Of a stretch of DNA of 64,000 bases, positions 55,852 through 64,000 are shown piece after piece. The stretch's first letter is position 1. Each line of letters begins with the position of its first letter. Origin of the DNA: Escherichia phage vB_EcoM_PhAPEC2; the sequence record NC_024794.1. One strand, given 5' to 3'. Both the position numbers and the translations under genes were made by a program. The notes beneath the pieces were generated by a model, which worked only from the letters and a program-made list of their open reading frames with translations, ran no database searches and had not been told where the DNA came from.

Positions 55852-56848
55852 TTCAAGTGTTGTCTATCGTGCGATAGTTACTTCAAAATTTAGAACTGAA
55901 AAAATGTTGAATTTCTACAATTCAATAGGTGATGGTGATAATAAAAACACCATCTTTATAACGTTTGGTCGGTCTGAACCATGGGCTGCTAATGAAAATG
56001 AGGTGGGCTTCGCCCCACCGTATCCAACAGACTCGGTTTTAGGTGTAACAGATATGTGGACTAACATGATGGGTTTAGTTAAAGTTATCCCATCTATGTT
56101 AGACTCGGTTATTCCTAGACGTGACTGGGGAGATATTCGTTATCCAGACCCTTATACATTCAAAATAAATGATATAGTCGTATGTAATACAGCCCCTTAT
56201 AATGCTACTGAAGTCGGGGCCGGATGGTTAGTATATCGTTGCGTAGATGTTCCTGATGTTGGGATGTGTTCTATTGAGTCTCTCGACAACAAAGAAGAAT
56301 GTCTTAAATTAGGTGGTAAATGGACTCCATCTGTTAGGTCTTTAACCCCTCCTGAAGGCCGTGGAGATGCTGAAGGGATTATCGAAGTTGGTGATGGATA
56401 TATATGGGAGTATCTTTATGAGATTCCACCTGATGTGTCTATAAACCGATGTACTAATGAATATATAGTCGTTCCATGGCCTGAAGAAGTTAAAGAAGAC
56501 CCTGCTCGTTGGGGATATGAAAACAATCTAACCTGGCAACAAGATGATTTTGGCCTTGTGTATAGAGTTAAAGCAAACATAATTCGTTTTAAAGCCTATT
56601 TAGACTCAGTTTATTTCCCTAATGCAGCACTGCCTGGTAATAAAGGATTTAGACAAATTTCTATTATCACAAACCCCTTGGAAGCTAAACTCCGTCCTAA
56701 TGACCCTAATATAAAGGCTGAAAAGGATTATTATGACCCTAGAGATTTACAGCGTCATTCTGGTGAAATGATTTATATGGAAAACCGTCCACCTATTATT
56801 ATGGCAATGGACCAAACCGAAGAGATCAATATTTTGTTTATGTTCTAA
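55844..56848 (+). CDS. 8: Baseplate wedge protein gp8
   Basis: 334 aa; MNDSSVVYRAIVTSKFRTEKMLNFYNSIG... as in T4 gp8. Confidence 0.93.
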   Translation: MNDSSVVYRAIVTSKFRTEKMLNFYNSIGDGDNKNTIFITFGRSEPWAANENEVGFAPPYPTDSVLGVTDMWTNMMGLVKVIPSMLDSVIPRRDWGDIRYPDPYTFKINDIVVCNTAPYNATEVGAGWLVYRCVDVPDVGMCSIESLDNKEECLKLGGKWTPSVRSLTPPEGRGDAEGIIEVGDGYIWEYLYEIPPDVSINRCTNEYIVVPWPEEVKEDPARWGYENNLTWQQDDFGLVYRVKANIIRFKAYLDSVYFPNAALPGNKGFRQISIITNPLEAKLRPNDPNIKAEKDYYDPRDLQRHSGEMIYMENRPPIIMAMDQTEEINILFMF

Positions 56849-56852
56849 TTTA

Positions 56853-56870
56853 GGGAGACTTCGGTCTCCC
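56853..56870 (+). terminator. UUCG-tetraloop stem-loop after gene 8
   Basis: GGGAGAC-UUCG-GUCUCCC followed by UUUCG; precedes the gene 9 late promoter. Confidence 0.5.
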
Positions 56871-56877
56871 TTTCGTG

Positions 56878-56885
56878 TATAAATA
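56878..56885 (+). promoter_or_regulatory. Late promoter TATAAATA for gene 9
   Basis: Exact TATAAATA 26 nt upstream of the gene 9 ATG. Confidence 0.6.
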
Positions 56886-56910
56886 GTATAAACTATTAAG
56901 GATTAGCCAC

Positions 56911-57774
56911 ATGTATATTCAAACTCCAAAACAATTGATTGACGTTGGCGAAATTGGTAACGCTTCTACAGGCGATATCCTTTTTGACGGCGGTGTTAAA
57001 ATAAACAATGATATAAATGCTATTTACAATGCGTTTGGTGACCAACGAAAAATGGCAACTGCTAATGGGACAGGACCAAATGGACAAATAATCCATGCCA
57101 CTGGATACTACCAAAAAGGAGGCCCTACTGATTATTTCACCCCTGTTCCAGTAGGAAGTAGACACGACATAGATGCTTCTACCGGTGGTGTTATTGTTAC
57201 TGTTGCTAGAGGTGAACTCGGCGATTCCGTGGAATTTATAAATTCAAACGGATCAATTTCGGTAAACAACCCATTAAGTATCCAAGCATTAGATTCTATT
57301 AAAGGTGTTGCAGGTAATTTAGTTATAACCACACCTTATACTAAAGTTACTCTTCGTTGTATTTCTTCTGGTGCAGGCGGTTCAATATGGGATTATTCTA
57401 CAGAAAGTATGTTTAGTCATACCGAAATTCCTGTAGACGGGACATGGAATATTATTTCAGACTATGTCAATATTCCTCTATTTTATAAAACTGAATATAA
57501 CGCTGCTAAACTTTTGGTTACATGCCAATCTGCCAACGGTAGAAAAATTAAATCATGTGAAATAAATATTCTAATAGATACAATTAATTCAAGAGTTATT
57601 TCAACCGAATACGCAGTGATGCGCGTTGGTAATGATAACGAAGAAGATGAAATTGCGAATATTAGTTTTTCAATAATTAACAATTTTGCCACTATGACAG
57701 TTTCTTCACATATAAATGGTCTTCGAGTGGCAGCTAAAGTTATTTCAACTCAGAAAATTAGGGTCGCTCAATAA
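56911..57774 (+). CDS. 9: Baseplate wedge / long-tail-fibre socket protein gp9
   Basis: 287 aa; MYIQTPKQLIDVGEIGNASTGDILFDGGVKINNDINAIYNAFGDQRKMA... as in T4 gp9. Confidence 0.92.
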   Translation: MYIQTPKQLIDVGEIGNASTGDILFDGGVKINNDINAIYNAFGDQRKMATANGTGPNGQIIHATGYYQKGGPTDYFTPVPVGSRHDIDASTGGVIVTVARGELGDSVEFINSNGSISVNNPLSIQALDSIKGVAGNLVITTPYTKVTLRCISSGAGGSIWDYSTESMFSHTEIPVDGTWNIISDYVNIPLFYKTEYNAAKLLVTCQSANGRKIKSCEINILIDTINSRVISTEYAVMRVGNDNEEDEIANISFSIINNFATMTVSSHINGLRVAAKVISTQKIRVAQ

Positions 57775-59588
57775 TGAAACAAAATATTAAAATTGGGAAC
57801 GTCGTTGATGACGGACAAGGCGATTACCTTCGTCGTGGTGGTGCAAAAATTAATGAAAACTTTGATGAGTTGTATTATGAATTAGGCGATGGCGAAGTTC
57901 CGTATTCCGCTGGTGCCTGGAAAACATACCATTCTTCAGATGGACTTAATTTAGCTGCTGAATGGGGTAAATCATACGCAATTGATACTTCAACAGGGCG
58001 TGTTTCTATAAATTTACCTAAAGGAACAGTGGAAGATTATAATAAAGTAATTAGAGCCCGTGATGTATTCGCCACATGGAATATTAACCCTGTAACATTA
58101 ATTGCTGCCAGCGGTGATACTATTAAAGGTTCTTCTAACCCAGTAGAAATCAATGTGCAGTTTTCAGACTTAGAATTAGTTTACTGTTCTCCTGGGCGCT
58201 GGGAATACGTTAAAAATAAACAAATAGACAAAATTACTAGTTCTGATATTAGTAGTGTAGCTCGTAAAGAATTTTTAGTCGAAGTTCAAGGTCAAACTGA
58301 TTTTCTTGATGTATTTGGGCCTGTTTCTTATAATGTGAATAATATCCGTGTAAAACATCGTGGTAACGAATTATACTACGGTGACGTGTTCAGTGACAAT
58401 AGTGACTTTGGTTCTCCAGGAGCTAATCCTGGTGAAATCGTTGCATTAGATGGTAAAAACATCCGTTTAAGACAACCATGTAATATCGGCGACACCGTAC
58501 AAATTGAAACCTTTTTAGATGGGATTACACAATTACGTAGTTCTTATTCTCGCCGCCAAATACGTATTTTAGATTCGAAATTAACAACCCGTCCTTCCTT
58601 AGAAGGAAGTGTATATGTCGCGGATTTGTCAACTTTGAAATCTATTCCTTTTTCGGCATTTGGAGTTAATCCTTCAGAACCGGTCAATACCAATTCTTTA
58701 GAAGTTCGTTTTAACGGTATTCTTCAAGAATTAGCTGGTACTGTTGGTTTACCTATGTTCAGATGTGAAGGTGCTGATGCAGAAACTTCTACCGAGTGTT
58801 CAGCTTTAGGTGGGACTTGGGTTACATCTAACACCGATTATTCTATTGAATATGATGATAACGATGCAACTATTGCACGTGCTTTAGTCTTTGACCGTAA
58901 GTTTGAAGACCAAGACATTATTGATATTACATGGTTTAATAACGATTTAGGCACTTTATTAAGTATCGATGACATTTTAGATACAACTGATGAAAGGTAT
59001 GTCGCACAAGGTGCAACCGTAAATGTGACCGGCGATGTGGCTTTGACAGATTTCAATAATATCGGATGGCCTAATGTAGAATCTGTTCCTGCATATAGCA
59101 GGGAATTCTCGTCTATTGCAAATATTTTTAACACCATTTACCCTGTCGGTACTATTTACGAAAATGCAGTGAACCCTAATAACCCAGCCACGTATTTAGG
59201 ATTTGGCTCTTGGAAATTATGGGGACAAGGAAAAGTATTAGTTGGATGGAACGACGATATTAGCGATCCTAATTTTGCATTAAATAATAACGACCTTGAT
59301 TCTAGCGGGAATCCTACACATACCGCTGGTGGAACAGTCGGAACAACGTCTAACACACTAACTAATTCTGATTTACCTCCTACTCAAACTGACGAGAAAG
59401 TTCTTATTTCCGATGAGAACGGTACAATTATTATTGGTGGTTGTCAATACGACCCTGATGCAGAAGGTCCTATATACACCAAATACCGTGAAGGCCACGC
59501 CACAACGAATAGTACACACATACCGCCTCAAGCCGTAAATAATATTCAACCGTCAATTACCGTATATCGTTGGGTAAGGATTGCATAA
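57774..59588 (+). CDS. 10: Baseplate wedge protein gp10
   Basis: 604 aa; synteny 9-10-11-12. Confidence 0.92.
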   Translation: MKQNIKIGNVVDDGQGDYLRRGGAKINENFDELYYELGDGEVPYSAGAWKTYHSSDGLNLAAEWGKSYAIDTSTGRVSINLPKGTVEDYNKVIRARDVFATWNINPVTLIAASGDTIKGSSNPVEINVQFSDLELVYCSPGRWEYVKNKQIDKITSSDISSVARKEFLVEVQGQTDFLDVFGPVSYNVNNIRVKHRGNELYYGDVFSDNSDFGSPGANPGEIVALDGKNIRLRQPCNIGDTVQIETFLDGITQLRSSYSRRQIRILDSKLTTRPSLEGSVYVADLSTLKSIPFSAFGVNPSEPVNTNSLEVRFNGILQELAGTVGLPMFRCEGADAETSTECSALGGTWVTSNTDYSIEYDDNDATIARALVFDRKFEDQDIIDITWFNNDLGTLLSIDDILDTTDERYVAQGATVNVTGDVALTDFNNIGWPNVESVPAYSREFSSIANIFNTIYPVGTIYENAVNPNNPATYLGFGSWKLWGQGKVLVGWNDDISDPNFALNNNDLDSSGNPTHTAGGTVGTTSNTLTNSDLPPTQTDEKVLISDENGTIIIGGCQYDPDAEGPIYTKYREGHATTNSTHIPPQAVNNIQPSITVYRWVRIA

Positions 59589-60247
59589 TGACCATACTTA
59601 ATACTAAAGCGGGAGTAATATCCCGCGAAGCAGATTTTTTAGGATTTAGAAAAAATCCTACTCAAATTGATATTTTAAACAACCAAGGCGTAGGTTCTGT
59701 AACCATTTCTCAATTGGCAAAAGGATTCTATGATGATAACGTAGAATCTGCAATAAACGATGTTCATAATATTGCTAGAGCAGATGTAGGAACAGTTACA
59801 ATTAACACCTCAGGTGTATCTCCTGAAGGAACTTCACAGGTAGATTATTGGTCCTTTAGTGGAAGTGTAACTGACCCTAGTTTGCCCGATGGAAGCCCTG
59901 TTATTGTAAAAGTTTACGGGCTTCCTGTTAATGCTACTGTAGGTATGACAGCCGACGAATTTGTTGTACAATTACGTACTACTCTCCGGAATGCGATTTC
60001 CGACCAATTGGCTATTGCAGAGTATAAAGATGACCCTAATGTTGGGACTAGATTACAAATAACATATTTAGATAACCAAAGACACGTACTCCCAACGTAT
60101 TCCTCTTATGGTATCACGGTTTCTCAAGAAATAGTGTCTCAGGCTAAGTCCGGGTACGGCACTTGGAATTTACTAGGTGCGCAAACCATTACTCTTGACA
60201 ACCATACTTCACCTACAACCTTTTATTATTTTGTGAGAACCGCATGA
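59588..60247 (+). CDS. 11: Baseplate wedge / short-tail-fibre connector gp11
   Basis: 219 aa from ATG 59588 (ATGA-coupled to gene 10); [22 protein letters not shown]... as in T4 gp11. Confidence 0.9.
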   Translation: MTILNTKAGVISREADFLGFRKNPTQIDILNNQGVGSVTISQLAKGFYDDNVESAINDVHNIARADVGTVTINTSGVSPEGTSQVDYWSFSGSVTDPSLPDGSPVIVKVYGLPVNATVGMTADEFVVQLRTTLRNAISDQLAIAEYKDDPNVGTRLQITYLDNQRHVLPTYSSYGITVSQEIVSQAKSGYGTWNLLGAQTITLDNHTSPTTFYYFVRTA

Positions 60248-61794
60248 GTAACAATACATATCAACACGTTTCGAACGAATCGGTATATGTTGAATTTGAC
60301 CCGGTAGGGTCAAATTTTGATAGTTCAATAACCAATGTCCAGGCAGCCTTAGCCTCAATTAGCGCATATGGTGTTAAAGGTGTTCCAGACGCAAGCGAAG
60401 CAGAAAAAGGTGTAATTCAATTAGCGACAGAACAAGAAGTTCTTGATGGATTTAATAGTACTAAAGCCGTTACTCCCGCCACATTAAATGCAAGACTTCA
60501 GTATCCTAACGCGTCAGAAACACAGTACGGCGTAACTAAATATGCAACACAAGAGGAGGCCATTGCTGGCACTTTAGACACTGTTTCTATTACTCCGCTT
60601 AAATTAAACCAAACTATTGATAACACGTTCTCTACTCGTTATTCAACAGAAACAACTAACGGTGTTATTAAAATTGCAACTCAAACCGCTGCACTTGCCG
60701 GGTCTGATGACACCACAGCAATGACTCCGCTTAAAACGCAGCAATTAGCAATAAAATTAATTTCTCAAATAGCTCCTAATAACGACCCGGCTTCAGAATC
60801 TATTACCGGTGTTGTGCGTTTAGCTACAGTGGCTCAAACACGTCAAGGAACTCTTCGCGAAGGATATGCAATTTCCCCATATACCTTTATGAATTCTGTT
60901 GCAACACAAGAATATAAAGGTGTTATACGTCTAGGAACACAAACGGAAATTAATAGTAATTTGGGAGATGTTGCTGTAACAGGTGAAACGCTAAATGGTA
61001 GAGGAGCTACCGGTTCTATGCGTGGAGTCGTAAAATTAACGACGCAGGCCGGTGTTGCACCCGAAGGCGATAGCTCTGGAGCATTAGCATGGAACGCAGA
61101 TGTAATTAATACACGCGGTGGGCAAACTATTAATGGTTCTTTAAATTTAGATCACCTCACAGCAAATGGAATTTGGTCGCGTGGCGGAATGTGGAAAAAC
61201 GGTGACCAGCCAGTTGCAACAGAGAGATATGCATCTGAACGTGTTCCTGTTGGAACAATTCAAATGTTCGCAGGTGATAGTGCTCCTCCAGGTTGGGTTT
61301 TATGTCATGGTGGGACCATTTCTGGAGACCAATTTCCGGACTATCGAAATGTGGTTGGAACGAGATTTGGCGGTGATTGGAATAATCCTGGAATTCCAGA
61401 CATGCGAGGTCTTTTTGTTAGAGGAGCTGGCACAGGCAGCCATATTTTAAATAATCGCGGTCAAGACGGCTATGGAAAGGATAGATTAGGCGTAGGATGT
61501 GACGGCATGCATGTTGGCGGTGTCCAAGCACAGCAAATGTCATATCATAAACACGCTGGTGGATGGGGCGAATATCAACGTCATGAGGCACCATTCGGAG
61601 CATCCGTATATCAAGGTTATTTGGGTACTAGAAAATACTCTGATTGGGATAATGCGTCATATTTCACAAATGACGGCTTCGAATTAGGTGGTCACCGTGA
61701 CGCAACAGGCACTCTTAACCGTGAAGGACTTATCGGATATGAGACTCGTCCATGGAATATATCTTTAAATTATATTATTAAAGTCCATTACTAA
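60244..61794 (+). CDS. 12: Short tail fibre protein gp12
   Basis: 516 aa; repeated GVxxLATxxE motifs and C-terminal receptor-binding region with HxH Zn site ([15 protein letters not shown]). Confidence 0.92.
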   Translation: MSNNTYQHVSNESVYVEFDPVGSNFDSSITNVQAALASISAYGVKGVPDASEAEKGVIQLATEQEVLDGFNSTKAVTPATLNARLQYPNASETQYGVTKYATQEEAIAGTLDTVSITPLKLNQTIDNTFSTRYSTETTNGVIKIATQTAALAGSDDTTAMTPLKTQQLAIKLISQIAPNNDPASESITGVVRLATVAQTRQGTLREGYAISPYTFMNSVATQEYKGVIRLGTQTEINSNLGDVAVTGETLNGRGATGSMRGVVKLTTQAGVAPEGDSSGALAWNADVINTRGGQTINGSLNLDHLTANGIWSRGGMWKNGDQPVATERYASERVPVGTIQMFAGDSAPPGWVLCHGGTISGDQFPDYRNVVGTRFGGDWNNPGIPDMRGLFVRGAGTGSHILNNRGQDGYGKDRLGVGCDGMHVGGVQAQQMSYHKHAGGWGEYQRHEAPFGASVYQGYLGTRKYSDWDNASYFTNDGFELGGHRDATGTLNREGLIGYETRPWNISLNYIIKVHY

Positions 61795-61803
61795 GGGTAA
61801 AAA

Positions 61804-63246
61804 ATGATCGAATTAAAAAGTCTACCATACGTTGATGGCCCTCCTGATGAGGGTCAAAAACGTTTAAACTGGATTAAAAATTCAGAAGAAATAACTGGCG
61901 CTGATACGTTATACGGTTCTGAAGGAGTAATGAACCGTCCAATAACAGAAGTTCAACGAAATGTAGAAACAATTAACGATAACGTTAAGACTATCGCAGA
62001 ATCTTTAGATACCGCTAATGCTGATATTGTCACAATTAAAAGTATCTTGGATGTTTCTGGTGACGTAGATGCTTTAGCACAAATTGGACATAACACTGAT
62101 GATATTGAAGTATTAAAACACACTGTAAATTCACACGGTGTTGATATTTTAAACACTGAAGAAAAACTAGATGATACTATTGCTAATATCGGAGTAGTTA
62201 ATCCAGAAACAGATTCGGTGTATCGTACGGTGCGTAACGACCTTCTTTGGATTAAAACCGAATTAGGGCAATATACTGGACAAGATATTAATGGTGTCCC
62301 AACCGAAGGTAATGAAAGCACCGGGATGAAACGACGTATTATTACTAACAGTTCAGTGTTGGTCGACCAAGGCGTTCGTTTAACCGAGTTAGAAAATAAA
62401 TTTGCCGATTCTGACGTTGGGGCTCTGACAACCGAAGTTGAAAACCTCCGTCAAGAAATAGGTCCTAGACCATCGTTAACAGTACCGATTTACACTCGTT
62501 TATCCGGTATTGATTCATCCATTTCTATCCAAACTAGAGATATTGCGGCATTAAAAGATTTTGTTGGATATCCTAATTCAACCGCTAGTAAAACTCAAGT
62601 CGAGGCCAATCGTCTTTCTATATCAACAATAAATTCAGACATTAACTCGCCTGGCGGTATTAAACCACGTTTGACAACGTTAGAAACTACTATAGGCTCT
62701 CCAGATTTACCAACTACTCTTCAGGGTAAGATCAAATTAAATACTGATTCTATTTCAGGTATTAACACAGTTTTAGGTGTTGATTCTTCTAGTGGTTTAC
62801 GTTTTAACGTAGCATGGCTCAATCAGGTGGTTGGCGTTGATTCAAATGGTGGACAACCTGAACCGGCTGGTTCACTTTTATATAGGACTCGTATTCTTGA
62901 AACTGGTGTTACTGACCTAGGCAATAACATTCAAAACGTTCAAACCGAATTGGGAACTAATTCGTCCGGTATTAAAGGACAAGTGACTAGTTTAAATAAA
63001 CTTATAAGCGGCACTAACCCAAACGGTCAAACCATAGAAGAACGTGGTATATTGCCAACAGTTAAAAACCATGACACAACAATTATGGCTTTAACTACGC
63101 GTGTTACCACTTTAGAAACAGACCTTGCTGCAGCAGAAGCAGAAATTCAGGCCCTTAAAGAGGCTGGATATATCGAAGATGCTCCTTCAGACGGTAAATT
63201 CTATGTTCGCAAAGATGGTGCATGGGTTGAACTTCCTACAGCTTAA
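61804..63246 (+). CDS. wac: Fibritin (whisker antigen control) Wac
   Basis: 480 aa coiled-coil with C-terminal foldon-like GYIEDAPSDGKFYVRKDGAWVELPTA. Confidence 0.9.
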   Translation: MIELKSLPYVDGPPDEGQKRLNWIKNSEEITGADTLYGSEGVMNRPITEVQRNVETINDNVKTIAESLDTANADIVTIKSILDVSGDVDALAQIGHNTDDIEVLKHTVNSHGVDILNTEEKLDDTIANIGVVNPETDSVYRTVRNDLLWIKTELGQYTGQDINGVPTEGNESTGMKRRIITNSSVLVDQGVRLTELENKFADSDVGALTTEVENLRQEIGPRPSLTVPIYTRLSGIDSSISIQTRDIAALKDFVGYPNSTASKTQVEANRLSISTINSDINSPGGIKPRLTTLETTIGSPDLPTTLQGKIKLNTDSISGINTVLGVDSSSGLRFNVAWLNQVVGVDSNGGQPEPAGSLLYRTRILETGVTDLGNNIQNVQTELGTNSSGIKGQVTSLNKLISGTNPNGQTIEERGILPTVKNHDTTIMALTTRVTTLETDLAAAEAEIQALKEAGYIEDAPSDGKFYVRKDGAWVELPTA

Positions 63247-63251
63247 TGAAA

Positions 63252-63267
63252 AGGGCCTTCGGGCCCT
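63252..63267 (+). terminator. UUCG-tetraloop stem-loop after wac
   Basis: AGGGCC-UUCG-GGCCCU 6 nt after the wac stop; no U-run. Confidence 0.45.
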
Positions 63268-63278
63268 AAAGGATTTAT

Positions 63279-64000
63279 ATGTCAGGTTATAATGCACAAA
63301 ACCCTAAAGAATTAAAGGATGTAATATTACGTCGTTTAGGCGCTCCTATTGTAAATGTTGAATTAACTACAGACCAAATTTATGATTGTATTTCACGAGC
63401 GTTAGAACTTTATGGTGAATACCATTTTGACGGGTTGAATAAAGGTTTCCATGTATTTTTTGTTGATGACGAAGAAAAATACCGTCACGGCGTATTTGAT
63501 ATGCGTGGTTCTAACGTATTTGCTGTAACAAGAATTATAAGAACAAATGTTGGCTCTATTACTTCAATGGATGGTAATGCAACTTATCCGTGGTTCACTG
63601 ATTTCCTTTTAGGAATGGCTGGTGTTTCAGGTGGTATGGGTAGTAATTGTGGTAAATTCTACGGTCCGAACGCTTTTGGCGCTGATCTAGGGTATTATTC
63701 TCAATTAGTATCTTATATGGGTATGCTTCAAGATATGATTGCTCCTCTTCCAGATTTTTGGTTTAACTCTGCAAACGAGCAATTAAAAGTAATGGGTAAC
63801 TTTAGACAGAAAGATGTCATTATCGTTGAATCATATGTTCGCTCTTATATCGAGACCCATAAGATGGTAGGAAATACAGTAGGTTATGGGCAGGTCGGTC
63901 CTCGTGATTCATGGTCTATTTCTGAGCGGTATGACAACCCGGACCATAATTTGGTCGGACGACGAGTTGGTGAAGATCCTGCAACCAAACAAGGCGCATA
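63279..64000 (+). CDS. 13: Neck protein gp13, N-terminal part (continues beyond window end)
   Basis: Open frame to window end; [60 protein letters not shown]... as in T4 gp13; SD AAAGGA. Confidence 0.9.
   Translation, partial: MSGYNAQNPKELKDVILRRLGAPIVNVELTTDQIYDCISRALELYGEYHFDGLNKGFHVFFVDDEEKYRHGVFDMRGSNVFAVTRIIRTNVGSITSMDGNATYPWFTDFLLGMAGVSGGMGSNCGKFYGPNAFGADLGYYSQLVSYMGMLQDMIAPLPDFWFNSANEQLKVMGNFRQKDVIIVESYVRSYIETHKMVGNTVGYGQVGPRDSWSISERYDNPDHNLVGRRVGEDPATKQGA

Overview
This window is a T4-type (Tevenvirinae) phage genome segment covering the early/middle region from the 5' end of DNA polymerase gene 43 through the tRNA cluster on the minus strand (about 1-47600), then the late baseplate and tail-fibre genes 53 to 13 on the plus strand (about 47650-64000). 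The gp43 N-terminus looks RB69-like from memory; this is not database-verified. Recognisable T4 orthologues include regA, 62, 44, 45, 46, 47, 55, nrdG, nrdD, 49, nrdC, rI, tk, regB, denV, e, nudE, ipI/II/III, 57A, 57B, 1, 3, 2, 4, 53, 5, 5.4, 6-12 and wac. Between these lie many small ORFan genes in the usual hyperplastic intervals, together with three tandem minus-strand tRNAs, repeated early-promoter cassettes, and several UUCG/GAAA stem-loop terminators. No alpha-glucosyltransferase gene lies between 47 and 55, nrdD has no intron, and no homing-endonuclease genes were seen. The candidates I would look at first are a Pol-beta-type nucleotidyltransferase / membrane protein / P-loop ATPase cluster, a macro-domain protein beside two signal-peptide proteins, an expanded internal-protein family including a 38-aa peptide, and two ORFan families with conserved C-terminal tails. 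Coordinates of CDS starts were checked by hand where noted; many small-ORF starts remain uncertain, and all homology statements are from memory of T4-family proteins and motifs, not from searches.
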